Source of the DNA: Chrysomallon squamiferum
Taxonomy: Eukaryota; Animalia; Mollusca
Direction: 5' to 3'
NCBI GenBank assembly: GCA_012295275.1
Contig: CM022675.1
Location: forward strand, 992,001 to 1,056,000
Length of the DNA stretch: 64,000 nt
Of the stretch, positions 63,622 to 64,000 are shown in pieces. The translations under genes were made by a program, and so were the position numbers. Position 1 is the stretch's first letter, and each line of letters opens with the position of its first letter. The notes under the pieces are model-generated. The model was not told where the DNA came from. It searched no databases and saw only the letters and a program-made list of their open reading frames with translations.

Positions 63622-64000
63622 GGCAGACAGACAGAGGGATAGATAGATAGATAGAAAGAGAGAGAGAGAGAGAGGGGGTAGACAGACAGAGAGAGAGAGA
63701 GAGAGAGACAGAGAGGGAGGGAGAGAGAGAGGCAGACAGATAGAGAGATAGATAGATAGATAGATAGAAAGAGAGAGACACAGAGAGAGACACACAGAGA
63801 GACAGGGAGAGTGACAGACACGGACAGAGACAGAGATAGGTACACAGAGAGAGACACAGAGACAGACAGAAAGAGAGATTTTATATGTGTTTATATGTTG
63901 GAGAACCTGGAATATCTAAATGTGCGTCTGAGCTGCTCTCAGTGTGTGTCTGTGTGTGTGTCTGTGTGTCTGCGTGTGTGTCTGTGTGTCTGTTTGTGTG

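Overview
AT-rich, microsatellite-dense eukaryotic (animal, probably molluscan by inference) genomic DNA with GT-AG introns. Most ORFs in the supplied track are simple-repeat artefacts. Three real loci can be reconstructed by hand. (1) The 3' 17 exons (~929 codons) of a dual oxidase (Duox) on + (251-16915), running from the post-peroxidase TM helix through the EF-hands, the NOX TM domain and the FAD/NADPH domains to ...HYENF*. Many of its splice junctions have been amplified into tandem repeats. One is a stop-free, in-frame 78-bp array giving 10 alternative acceptors. The conserved O2-pocket His in TM3 is replaced by Tyr. (2) A convergent multi-exon gene on - (20001 to 26275 or 36922) encoding an unrecognised, largely disordered protein with a short helical core. 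(3) A tandemly duplicated (~11.6 kb unit) gene encoding a type II membrane protein: cytoplasmic Tyr-motif tail, TM helix, mucin stalk and a C-terminal Ly6/uPAR (three-finger, Quiver-like) domain with no GPI tail. It has duplicated interchangeable cytoplasmic-tail exons and an NF-kB-like site, and is a candidate invertebrate receptor family. MITE-like elements and many mini/microsatellites fill the rest.
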